Source: Anaerolineales bacterium (GTDB taxonomy: Bacteria; Chloroflexota; Anaerolineae; Anaerolineales; Villigracilaceae). From it: DNA of 64,000 nucleotides. The notes under the pieces are model-generated. The model made no database searches and had not been told where the DNA came from. It saw only the letters and a list, made by a program, of their open reading frames with translations. The stretch is taken from positions 732,084 through 796,083 of the forward strand of contig JAEURJ010000023.1 in the NCBI GenBank assembly GCA_016789305.1, in the 5' to 3' direction. Made by a program: the position numbers and the translations under genes. This document shows positions 9,645-17,517 of this stretch, piece after piece. How positions within the stretch are numbered: position 1 is the stretch's first letter; each line of letters begins with the position of its first letter.

Positions 9645-10625
9645 TTATGCCTTGCCCAACACCATCGCCAGCAACGCCATTCTCACATACAAACCATATT
9701 CCATCTGACGGAAATACGCGGCGCGCGGATCGTCGTCAAAACTTTCACTGATCTCGCCCACGCGCGGCAGCGGATGCATAACAGCCATTTCCTTCTTCGC
9801 GGCTTTCATGATCTCGGGGTCGATCACATACGCGCCCTTGACCTTTTCATAGTCGGCGGGGTCTTCGAAACGTTCCTTTTGCACGCGGGTCACGTATAGA
9901 ATATCGGTGTCAGGCAAAACTTTTTCAAGCGAAGAATATTCGGCCTGCGGCACCTTCTTTTCAGCCACTTCGTCCATCACTTCCTTTGGCATCTTCAAAA
10001 TATCGGGAGAGACATAATTCAATTTGATGTTCTTGAAGTTCGAAAGCAAACGTGCCAGCGAATGGACAGTGCGTCCATACTTGAGATCGCCAAGCATGGT
10101 GACGTTCAAATTATCGAGCCGCCCGAGTTCCTCCATGATCGTGAAGGCATCGAGCAGCGCCTGCGTGGGATGTTCGCCGACTCCGTCGCCTGCGTTGATC
10201 ACGGGTTTCTTCGCTGCCTTCGCCGCGATGGCCGCCGAGCCCGTTTCGGGATGGCGCAGCACGATCACATCGGCATAACATTCAAGCGTGCGGATCGTAT
10301 CTGGCAGGCTCTCGCCCTTCGACACCGATGAATATTTCACTTCGCTGATCGGGATGACCGAGCCGCCGAGCCGTTCCATGGCTGCGGTGAACGAGGATGA
10401 TGTTCTGGTGGATGGTTCGTAAAACAGGTTCGCGAGAATTTTTCCCTTCAACAGATCGAACGTTCCGATGCGCTCGACCATGCCGCGCATTTCGTGTGCT
10501 ACGCCGAACACGTATTCGAGATTTTCGCGGTTGAACTGTTTGACGGAAAGAATGTCCTTGCCGTACCACTCTGCGTTCTTGTTCTCGCCGAATGGCAGGT
10601 GTGGGGATGTGGATTGAGTGGGCAT
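9645..10625 (-). CDS. pyrB: aspartate carbamoyltransferase catalytic subunit
   Basis: [45 protein letters not shown]. Confidence 0.97.
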   Translation of the reverse strand: MPTQSTSPHLPFGENKNAEWYGKDILSVKQFNRENLEYVFGVAHEMRGMVERIGTFDLLKGKILANLFYEPSTRTSSSFTAAMERLGGSVIPISEVKYSSVSKGESLPDTIRTLECYADVIVLRHPETGSAAIAAKAAKKPVINAGDGVGEHPTQALLDAFTIMEELGRLDNLNVTMLGDLKYGRTVHSLARLLSNFKNIKLNYVSPDILKMPKEVMDEVAEKKVPQAEYSSLEKVLPDTDILYVTRVQKERFEDPADYEKVKGAYVIDPEIMKAAKKEMAVMHPLPRVGEISESFDDDPRAAYFRQMEYGLYVRMALLAMVLGKA

Positions 10626-10628
10626 TGA

Positions 10629-10675
10629 TTAGTCTCCTGGTCTTTTAGTCTGATAGTTTGTTGTCTTTTAGTTTG
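10629..10675. repeat. TAGTC/GACTA 8-mer tandem array upstream of pyrB
   Basis: TTAGTCTC/CTGGTCTT/TTAGTCTG/ATAGTTTG/TTGTCTT/TTAGTTTG. Confidence 0.7.
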
Positions 10676-10677
10676 GT

Positions 10678-10716
10678 GGTCGAGTAGCCCCGTGTTTGTC
10701 GGGGCGTATCGAGACC
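10678..10716. repeat. REP-like element GGTCGAGTAG...GTATCGAGACC
   Basis: Imperfect outer inverted repeat with inner stem GCCCCG-N7-CGGGGC. Confidence 0.6.
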
Positions 10717-10848
10717 TGATCGGGACTCTGGTTGCACGCTGGCAACGAATCTCGTTTAATCACATGGTTCACGCTTGAGCGTATCCCTGTTCGCTTCTTA
10801 CTACGGGTGAGTTGGTTCTGTTTCGATGATTCTCTTCTTTACTCGAAA

Positions 10849-11283
10849 TTAAAGCCCAATCTTTTTCACGAAGACAGAAAAATTGTTTTCTACTTCTCTC
10901 CAGTAATGTATTGTGTCGCCACTCCACCAATCGCTTGCAACTACTCTTGGGTCAATTGTATTTGTTCGATAATCTAGCGCTATTCCTATATCAGCGCCGG
11001 CTACTCGATTTACTGCAATAAATAATGCTTTGTCGACATCTAGCCACGGCAAATCTCGCTCGGAAGTTTTACCTCCTCTATATTCATGAAATAATTCGGA
11101 CATGTGAGAGTCGTCTGCCAAAAATCCTGAAGATTCTCTTCGCATTTCATCAAGATTGAGAAGAAAGTCGACAGGTTCTTGAAGAAAGGGGATAACCTGT
11201 TCTATTGTTTTGTCTGACGGTTGTTTCCAACGGCCGGTATTTATTAATTCAGCTAACAATGGAGGAGGTGTTAATTGATTCAT
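10849..11283 (-). CDS. SMI1/KNR4 (SUKH)-like immunity protein
   Basis: LFIAVNR...IALDYRTNTIDPRVVAS...WREVENNFSVFVKKIGL resembles a SUKH C-terminal half. Confidence 0.6.
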   Translation of the reverse strand: MNQLTPPPLLAELINTGRWKQPSDKTIEQVIPFLQEPVDFLLNLDEMRRESSGFLADDSHMSELFHEYRGGKTSERDLPWLDVDKALFIAVNRVAGADIGIALDYRTNTIDPRVVASDWWSGDTIHYWREVENNFSVFVKKIGL

Positions 11284-12341
11284 TCGGATTTCTCCTCATG
11301 CCCATGTCGGTGATGAATATCGGGCATGTGATTGTGATCATGCTCCTCGGCAGGATGTTCATGCTCGTGTGAGTGGACTCCTTTTGAGTCGTCGTGCCCA
11401 TGCGCGGAGTCGTCGTGACTGTGGCTGTGTTCATGAATCAATGCTGTGTGAAAATGCGTATGTTCATGGTTTTCATTGATGAGCAGTAGCGCGCCACCGA
11501 TCATCAAGATCGCGGCAATGATGAAGAAGAAAGATGGCAACTCACTGAAAATAACAATTGAAAGTAATACGCCCGCCAGCGGAGCAGTGCCATACAAGGC
11601 GCTGGTGCGCGCCGCACCCAGTCCACGCATGGAGCGGATGAAGAGCATTGTGCTCAATCCGTAACTGACAAATCCCAAGACCAATGTGCCGAGAATAATT
11701 TTCAGGGACGGCATTTGATTTCCAAGGAAAAATGCCAGCAGGAAAGAAAATGCCCCAGCGACCAATCCCTTCCATGCGACGATGGCGAGCGGGTCTTTGC
11801 CCGAGATGTTGCGCGTGAAATTATTGTCTACGCCCCACAGCACACAGGCAAGGATGATTCCCAGCGCGCCGAGTGAAATTCCAAACCCCTCGTTGAAATT
11901 TGTGGAGAGGAAAATGCTCGCCAAGGTGATAATGATGATCGCGGTCCATGCACGGCGGCTAATGGCTTCTTTGAAAAATAACATAGCAATGACCGTTGTC
12001 CCAACACCTTCGAAGTTCAGCAACAACGAAGCCGTGGATGCCGGAGTATTTTGCAAGCTGATCATCAAGATGATCGGAGCGAGGATTCCGCCCGAGATGA
12101 TCGCGCCCGCCAGCCATTTGATGTCTGGCGATTTGATATCCGCTTCTGCATTTTTGGATTGCATTCGCTGAGTTAATCTAAAGAGAAATGTCCCCGTGCC
12201 ACTACCGAGATAGAGAAAAGCCGCGAGATAGATCGGCGCAATATTGTCACCCAATAATAATTTTGCAATCGGTGCACTCGCCCCGAAGAAGAGGGCGGCG
12301 GTCAATGCTTGCAGGATGAACGTGAGATTGTTTGATTTCAT
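11280..12341 (-). CDS. EamA/DMT transporter with His-rich C-terminal tail
   Basis: About 10 TM helices, LLLNFEGV, WGVDNNFTR, and a C-terminal HEHTHFH...HHRHGH tail. Confidence 0.88.
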   Translation of the reverse strand: MKSNNLTFILQALTAALFFGASAPIAKLLLGDNIAPIYLAAFLYLGSGTGTFLFRLTQRMQSKNAEADIKSPDIKWLAGAIISGGILAPIILMISLQNTPASTASLLLNFEGVGTTVIAMLFFKEAISRRAWTAIIIITLASIFLSTNFNEGFGISLGALGIILACVLWGVDNNFTRNISGKDPLAIVAWKGLVAGAFSFLLAFFLGNQMPSLKIILGTLVLGFVSYGLSTMLFIRSMRGLGAARTSALYGTAPLAGVLLSIVIFSELPSFFFIIAAILMIGGALLLINENHEHTHFHTALIHEHSHSHDDSAHGHDDSKGVHSHEHEHPAEEHDHNHMPDIHHRHGHEEKSE

Positions 12342-12688
12342 TTTGCTTTTCCAAAATCAAACAAATGATTAGCCAGCGGAATGATGTTGATCAAAAATTC
12401 TTCGTAGGGATGATTACCCTTGATCACCTTGATGGCTTCATTGACCAATTCCCGCTTGCAGTTGACTTCGAGTTTGTATTCGGCAACTTCACTGATTTTC
12501 CCGATATCCCCTTCGAATGGGTTGGACCCTTCCAATGGACGGAAGTATCCCTGCACGGCGGAAAGAGCCACGCAATGATCATAATTTCCAATCCGTCCCA
12601 CGCCGATCTTCGCGAGTTCATCGCGGATCTGGAAGGCGTAATCCCGTGGGACAAAGATTTCGAGTTTTACATCAGTAAAGTTTTGCAT
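12338..12688 (-). CDS. YqfO/NIF3 central (PII/CutA-like) domain protein
   Basis: KLEIFVP, GVGRIGNYDHC, GYFRPLEGSNPFEG, HPYEE. Confidence 0.8.
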   Translation of the reverse strand: MQNFTDVKLEIFVPRDYAFQIRDELAKIGVGRIGNYDHCVALSAVQGYFRPLEGSNPFEGDIGKISEVAEYKLEVNCKRELVNEAIKVIKGNHPYEEFLINIIPLANHLFDFGKAK

Positions 12689-12689
12689 T

Positions 12690-13757
12690 TCAACGCTCTC
12701 TTACATTCCTTCCGTACCCTGCCTTGGCCAACACCTTTCCATCTTCAAAGGCTGTTTGTCCGCGTAATACAACTTTCCTGACTCTGCCTTTTACCTTCCA
12801 GCCTTCGAATGGAGTCCAGCCGCAGCGGGTGAATTGTTCGGATGCCTTGATCTCGTATGCTTCGTTTTCATCCACTTCAACCCACGTCTCCGGTTGTTCG
12901 GGGAGATTGAATATCTTTTGAGGATTAGTGTACGACTTCATCATAATATCATCTATCGTCAGTCGTCCATCACCCACTGCGGTGAGTAATAGTGGCAAGG
13001 CCGTTTCCAAACCGGGGAAGCCGGGCGGAGGATTATCCGAGTCTTTTTCTTCGATGGTATGTGGAGCGTGGTCGGTGGCGAAACAATCGATCACATCCAT
13101 GTTTTCCCATAAGGCAGCTACATCTTCCTTCATTGCCAATCGCGGACGGACCTCGCCGCGGCCCGGATGTCCGTGCGAAATGGATGGAATGTCATCCTTC
13201 GATAAAAATAAATGATGCGGACAAACTTCGCATGTGACCTTGATTCCCTTTTCTTTCGCGGCTTTGATCAATAAAACTTCTTCTTTGAGGGAAATATGCG
13301 CGATGTGAACGGGGCGATCATAGATTGCGGCGAATAAAATTGCTGCGGCCATCGTTCGACTTTCGGAATGTGCCACGAGCGGGTAATCCTTCGAGTACTT
13401 TTGGAAATGCGGCATCCAGAGAGTCATGTCATCGAGGCGGAGTTCCCCAAAGGTGGAGTCGAGGTACATCTTTAGCCCGGCAGCCGTCCCTGCGAGCGAG
13501 GCGGCGATGTCTGCGTTGTACGGCCCTGCGCCGATGTATTGTCCAAAGTCGCAGCGCGCTTTTTGTTTTGCGGCATTCAATGCGAGATCGAGAGTCGCAG
13601 AGTCAAAGATCGGCGGTTTGGTGTTTGGCATGGCAAGCACGATGGTAAATCCACCGGCCAGCGCAGCGGATGTGCCGGAGTCATAATCCTCTTTATGGGT
13701 TGCGCCAGGTTCGCGCAAATGAACGTGCGGGTCGATCAGGCCTGGAAGTTTGAGCAT
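12690..13757 (-). CDS. pyrC: dihydroorotase (CAD-like)
   Basis: PGLIDPHVHLREPG, MPNT, GLKMYL, CEVCPHH, TDHAPH, GFPGLET. Confidence 0.93.
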   Translation of the reverse strand: MLKLPGLIDPHVHLREPGATHKEDYDSGTSAALAGGFTIVLAMPNTKPPIFDSATLDLALNAAKQKARCDFGQYIGAGPYNADIAASLAGTAAGLKMYLDSTFGELRLDDMTLWMPHFQKYSKDYPLVAHSESRTMAAAILFAAIYDRPVHIAHISLKEEVLLIKAAKEKGIKVTCEVCPHHLFLSKDDIPSISHGHPGRGEVRPRLAMKEDVAALWENMDVIDCFATDHAPHTIEEKDSDNPPPGFPGLETALPLLLTAVGDGRLTIDDIMMKSYTNPQKIFNLPEQPETWVEVDENEAYEIKASEQFTRCGWTPFEGWKVKGRVRKVVLRGQTAFEDGKVLAKAGYGRNVRER

Positions 13758-13771
13758 GTGTTACCTTTTTG

Positions 13772-13841
13772 TGTCACCCTGAGCGGAGCGAAGGGTCTCT
13801 GTGATAATCGTAGAGATGCTTCGCTGTCGCTCAGCATGACA
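13772..13841. repeat. composite palindromic REP (TGTCA...GAGCG / CGAAG family)
   Basis: Outer TGTCACCCTGAGCG/CGCTCAGCATGACA, inner AGCGAAGGGTCTCT/AGAGATGCTTCGCT. Confidence 0.8.
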
Positions 13842-13855
13842 CGGAGCTGAAATAT

Positions 13856-13887
13856 AAAAAAAAAGAGAGCCGCTAAAAGCGACTCTC
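13856..13887 (-). terminator. intrinsic terminator (attenuator) in pyrC leader
   Basis: Minus strand GAGAGTCGC-TTTTA-GCGGCTCTC followed by 9 T. Confidence 0.85.
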
Positions 13888-13891
13888 GAAT

Positions 13892-13963
13892 TCATAAAAT
13901 AAAAATACCCATTCCAAAGAAGTGTTGACGAAAGAAACGCCTGCGGTTGGGATGTTTGTACAT
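13892..13963 (-). CDS. putative pyr leader peptide MYKHPNRRRFFRQHFFGMGIFIL
   Basis: 23-codon ORF translated by hand, lying between the promoter and the terminator; its stop ends 4 nt before the hairpin. Confidence 0.55.
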   Translation of the reverse strand: MYKHPNRRRFFRQHFFGMGIFIL

Positions 13964-13971
13964 TGCGCCGA

Positions 13972-13999
13972 ATTTTACGCGGATTTGGGGAAGTGTCAA
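13972..13999 (-). promoter_or_regulatory. sigma70-type promoter of pyrC operon
   Basis: TTGACA-N16-TAAAAT on the minus strand. Confidence 0.7.
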
Positions 14000-14079
14000 G
14001 ATGTTGACAAATTCCGTTGCAACTTTTTCGGCTTCATCCCTGTATCTCCTGTAACCTACAAAACGAAAGGAACTTTCCC

Positions 14080-14598
14080 ATGGCCGATATCTCCGCCATC
14101 TTCTTCATCCTGTTAATCATAGGCATCGCCTTTCCTGCCATGCTCACTGCGTGGTGGTTGTTGTTTCCATCCGTTGTATCGCGCGCGCAATCCCGCGTGG
14201 ATAAGACTCCCTGGGGCACGTTTGGGATGGGACTCATCATCCTGATCGCTGTGACGATTCCCATCGTCATCCTGCTCGCGCTTCCCTTCGGACCTGCGAA
14301 ATTTGCCGGCTGGATTTTGCTTGCGGCTGCGCTGGCAGTTTCTTCCATCGGCTCCGCGGGGATTGCCGCACATTTGGGTGCAAGACTTTCACGTCAAAGC
14401 ACCTTCTCTGCCTTGAGCGGATTTGTGCGCGGCTCTGTTCTGCTTGAGCTTGCTGCGTTCTTCCCGGTGCTGGGTTGGTTCTTCATCTGGCCGCTCACGA
14501 TCATCATGGCTTTCGGTGCCACCGGCTTCGCGTTCCTCAATTGGATGCCGCGCGAAAAGACTGTCCGCGTACTTGAGCCTATTTCAACTCAAGCTTAA
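14080..14598 (+). CDS. hypothetical membrane protein (4 TM)
   Basis: Start MADIS after GAAAGG; hydrophobic; lies upstream of DUF1800. Confidence 0.75.
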   Translation: MADISAIFFILLIIGIAFPAMLTAWWLLFPSVVSRAQSRVDKTPWGTFGMGLIILIAVTIPIVILLALPFGPAKFAGWILLAAALAVSSIGSAGIAAHLGARLSRQSTFSALSGFVRGSVLLELAAFFPVLGWFFIWPLTIIMAFGATGFAFLNWMPREKTVRVLEPISTQA

Positions 14599-14614
14599 TG
14601 AATCAAAGAGTATC

Positions 14615-14668
14615 TTTCTTCTTTCATCTTTGTAATTCATCCTTCAACTTTCATCCTTCATCCTTCCC
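14615..14668. repeat. TTCATCC heptamer tandem array
   Basis: TTTCTTC/TTTCATC/TTTGTAA/TTCATCC/TTCAACT/TTCATCC/TTCATCC, then TTCCC and the DUF1800 ATG. Confidence 0.8.
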
Positions 14669-16150
14669 ATGACTCTCTCCAGACGTGATTTCCTCAAACT
14701 CAGTGCTCTTGTGACGGCCAGCGCGGCACTTTCATCCTGTGCTCCAGTCTATCGCAAACTCGCCGGTGACTTGCCTGCCGTCCCATGGACTGCGCTCAGC
14801 GCAAACGATTTCCTCGCATTGAATCGACTCACTTTCGGTCCACGAGTGGATGAACGAGCCCGTTTCGTCGACATCGGTTTGAAGGCCTGGATCGAGGAGC
14901 AGCTTGATTTCGAATCGATCAACGATCTTGCATGCGAGATTCAACTCAGCCCATTCAAATCCCTTAAACTGGATGCGAATGAACTCGAAGGAATCAGCAA
15001 CCAGCTCTTCGATGGCTATGACCGCGATACGATTCCCAATGAATTGCGCCAGTCCACGTTGATCCGTCAGTTATACAGCAAGCGCCAGTTGTACGAGATC
15101 ATGGTCGAATTTTGGAGTGACCACTTCAACATCTACATCGAAAAGGGAAATGGTTTTTATCTGAAAACTGTCGATGACCGCGAAGTGATCCGCAAACATG
15201 CGCTCGGTTCATTTCGTGATCTTGTTTGGGCATCCGCACATTCGCCGGCGATGATGATCTATCTCGATAATCAGGCCAATGAAAAAAGTCATCCCAATGA
15301 AAATTATGCGCGCGAACTCATGGAACTGCACACGCTTGGGGTTGATGGCGGATATTCTCAAAAAGATGTAATGGAACTTGCGCGCTGCCTCACCGGCTGG
15401 AACGTCAAGGAACATTTCTGGCTCGGCGATTTTGTTTTCAAGGAAGACCTGCACGATACCGGCGTAAAAAATGTTTTGGGCTTAACGATCCAGCCGTCGG
15501 GTATTCAAGAAGCGGAGCAGGTTATTGAAATGTTGGCGGTTCATCCCAGCACTGCAAAGTTTATTTCCACCAAGCTCGCACGCCGTTTCATTGCCGATGA
15601 ACCGCCGCAAGAACTCATCGAAAAAGCCGCGCAAACTTTTCTCGATACAAAAGGCGATATCAAATCCGTTCTGCGAGTCATTCTGCTCGATGGGCTTGCA
15701 CTCGCACAACCCAAATATAAACGCCCTGCCAATTACGTGCTTTCTTCGCTTCGCATGCTCAATGCTGAAACCGATGCCGTTGCGATTAACGAACATCTGT
15801 TGCGCATGGGCCAATCTTATTTCAACTGGCCCACGCCCGATGGCTACCCCGACCGCAGCGAATCATGGCAGGGCAATCTTATGCCGCGCTGGCAATTCGC
15901 GTTTGAATTGATTCGAAACGAGATCAAAGATACAAAACACAATTTGAAAAATTTGTTGGATGTCTCTTCGACCGGTATTTTACAAGACGATGTGGATGCA
16001 TTGACATCTTTATTATTGGGCGCACCGTTGGAACGCATCGGCCGCGACAGGTTGATTGATTCCGTCCGAGCGGCAGGCGCCACCGAAGAAGAGACTCTGC
16101 AAATCGTCGCCGGTGGATTGATCGCCTCCCCCGCGTTTCAATGGAGATGA
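14669..16150 (+). CDS. DUF1800 family protein with Tat signal
   Basis: SRRDFLK Tat motif, FWSDHFN, NENYARELMELHTLG, HPSTAKFISTKL, SPAFQ. Confidence 0.92.
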   Translation: MTLSRRDFLKLSALVTASAALSSCAPVYRKLAGDLPAVPWTALSANDFLALNRLTFGPRVDERARFVDIGLKAWIEEQLDFESINDLACEIQLSPFKSLKLDANELEGISNQLFDGYDRDTIPNELRQSTLIRQLYSKRQLYEIMVEFWSDHFNIYIEKGNGFYLKTVDDREVIRKHALGSFRDLVWASAHSPAMMIYLDNQANEKSHPNENYARELMELHTLGVDGGYSQKDVMELARCLTGWNVKEHFWLGDFVFKEDLHDTGVKNVLGLTIQPSGIQEAEQVIEMLAVHPSTAKFISTKLARRFIADEPPQELIEKAAQTFLDTKGDIKSVLRVILLDGLALAQPKYKRPANYVLSSLRMLNAETDAVAINEHLLRMGQSYFNWPTPDGYPDRSESWQGNLMPRWQFAFELIRNEIKDTKHNLKNLLDVSSTGILQDDVDALTSLLLGAPLERIGRDRLIDSVRAAGATEEETLQIVAGGLIASPAFQWR

Positions 16151-16152
16151 CC

Positions 16153-16252
16153 ATGTCGTTGCGAGGAGCGCTCTTGTTCTTTGCGACGAAGCAACCTACT
16201 TGTTGAATTGGAGATTGCTTCGGGCGGACGAACACCGCCCTCGCAACGACAT
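16153..16252. repeat. composite palindromic REP (TGTCG..GCGAG / CGAAGCAA family)
   Basis: Perfect 14-bp terminal inverted repeat ATGTCGTTGCGAGG/CCTCGCAACGACAT; inner CGAAGCAACCT/AGATTGCTTCG. Confidence 0.85.
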
Positions 16253-16272
16253 ATTACTTTAGGAGATAACAA

Positions 16273-17481
16273 ATGTTACAAACTTTACCGATGCTTCACC
16301 AAAATAAATCATGGATGCCCCGCCTGGCATTTGCGCCACAAAACACTGCTCCACGCGGCGATACATTGGTTGTCGTCTTCCTCCGCGGCGCAGCGGACGT
16401 ACTAAACATGGTTGTGCCGCACGGCGAAGATGCTTATTATCAATTGAGGCCATCTCTCGGCATAGCAAGACCGGATGACTCGAAAAAGAAGAAAGAAGAA
16501 AGAGCTGTTGACCTCGATGGATTTTTCGGCCTTCATCCCAACATGCAGCCGTTGTTGGATGCATGGCAGAGCGAACAACTCGCCATCATCCATGCCTGCG
16601 GTGCGCCGGATGAATCGCGCAGTCACTTCAAGGCCATGGAGTTGATGGAACGCGGCGTGGACGATGAGCGTGGTCCCGCTTCCGGCTGGATCGGGCGTCA
16701 CCTTGCCACATTGAACACAGGCAATACCTCTCCATTGCGCGCGGTGGGCATGGGCACCCGTCCGCAAAAAAGTTTGACAGGCTCCGTGCCTGTTTCTGCC
16801 CTGCGCTCCATTGCGGACTTTCATCTCGGTGGTGACCAACGCGCCTTGCAGCAAATGCGCATGGCCTTGAGCACGGTTTATCAAAACGACGTGATGGGAC
16901 AGGACACTTTATCGATCATGGATACGCTGCAAACCCTTGACCCATTAACGTACGCAGCTTCCCGCGATGCAAAATATCCCGACACTGAATTTGGACTCGC
17001 ACTTAAACAAACTGCCATGCTCATCAAGGCACAGGTGGGGCTCGAAGTTTCGGCAATTGACCTCGGCGGCTGGGACACGCACTTCGCGCAAGGTTCGTCC
17101 ACTGGACTGATGCCCAACTTGATGAAGGACCTGGCGGAAGGTCTCGCCGCCTTCCATGCCGATATGTTTGACCATCAGAATCAACTCACCACGGTGACCA
17201 TGTCCGAGTTTGGGCGGCGCGCTTCGGAAAATGGAAGTTTGGGCACGGATCACGGCCACGGCAGCATGATGATGGTTCTCGGCGGAAATGTGGATGGCGG
17301 CAAAGTCCACGGCCAATGGCCGGGCATGGAAGAAGGTCAACTAATCGGCCCTGGTGACCTGGCAGTCACCACCGATTATCGCGATGTATTGTCTGAAATT
17401 TTGACCAAACGATTAAATAACCCCGCAACCGATGAGATTTTCCCCGAATATCAACCTGTGATGCCGAATGTGTTGAGGTGA
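16273..17481 (+). CDS. DUF1501 family protein
   Basis: VVFLRGAAD, RSHF, GWDTH, SEFGRR, GTDHG, DYRDV. Confidence 0.92.
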   Translation: MLQTLPMLHQNKSWMPRLAFAPQNTAPRGDTLVVVFLRGAADVLNMVVPHGEDAYYQLRPSLGIARPDDSKKKKEERAVDLDGFFGLHPNMQPLLDAWQSEQLAIIHACGAPDESRSHFKAMELMERGVDDERGPASGWIGRHLATLNTGNTSPLRAVGMGTRPQKSLTGSVPVSALRSIADFHLGGDQRALQQMRMALSTVYQNDVMGQDTLSIMDTLQTLDPLTYAASRDAKYPDTEFGLALKQTAMLIKAQVGLEVSAIDLGGWDTHFAQGSSTGLMPNLMKDLAEGLAAFHADMFDHQNQLTTVTMSEFGRRASENGSLGTDHGHGSMMMVLGGNVDGGKVHGQWPGMEEGQLIGPGDLAVTTDYRDVLSEILTKRLNNPATDEIFPEYQPVMPNVLR

Positions 17482-17517
17482 TTTAGCTTGCGCCGCGTCG
17501 TTCTGCATTTATGCAAT

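Noticed and set aside
12332-12781. 149-aa plus-strand ORF and similar shadow ORFs
   Set aside because: They are antisense to genes with clear family motifs.
13892-13970. PyrR-binding attenuator
   Set aside because: The conserved PyrR binding-loop sequence was not recognisable, and no pyrR is in the window; a leader-peptide model fits better.
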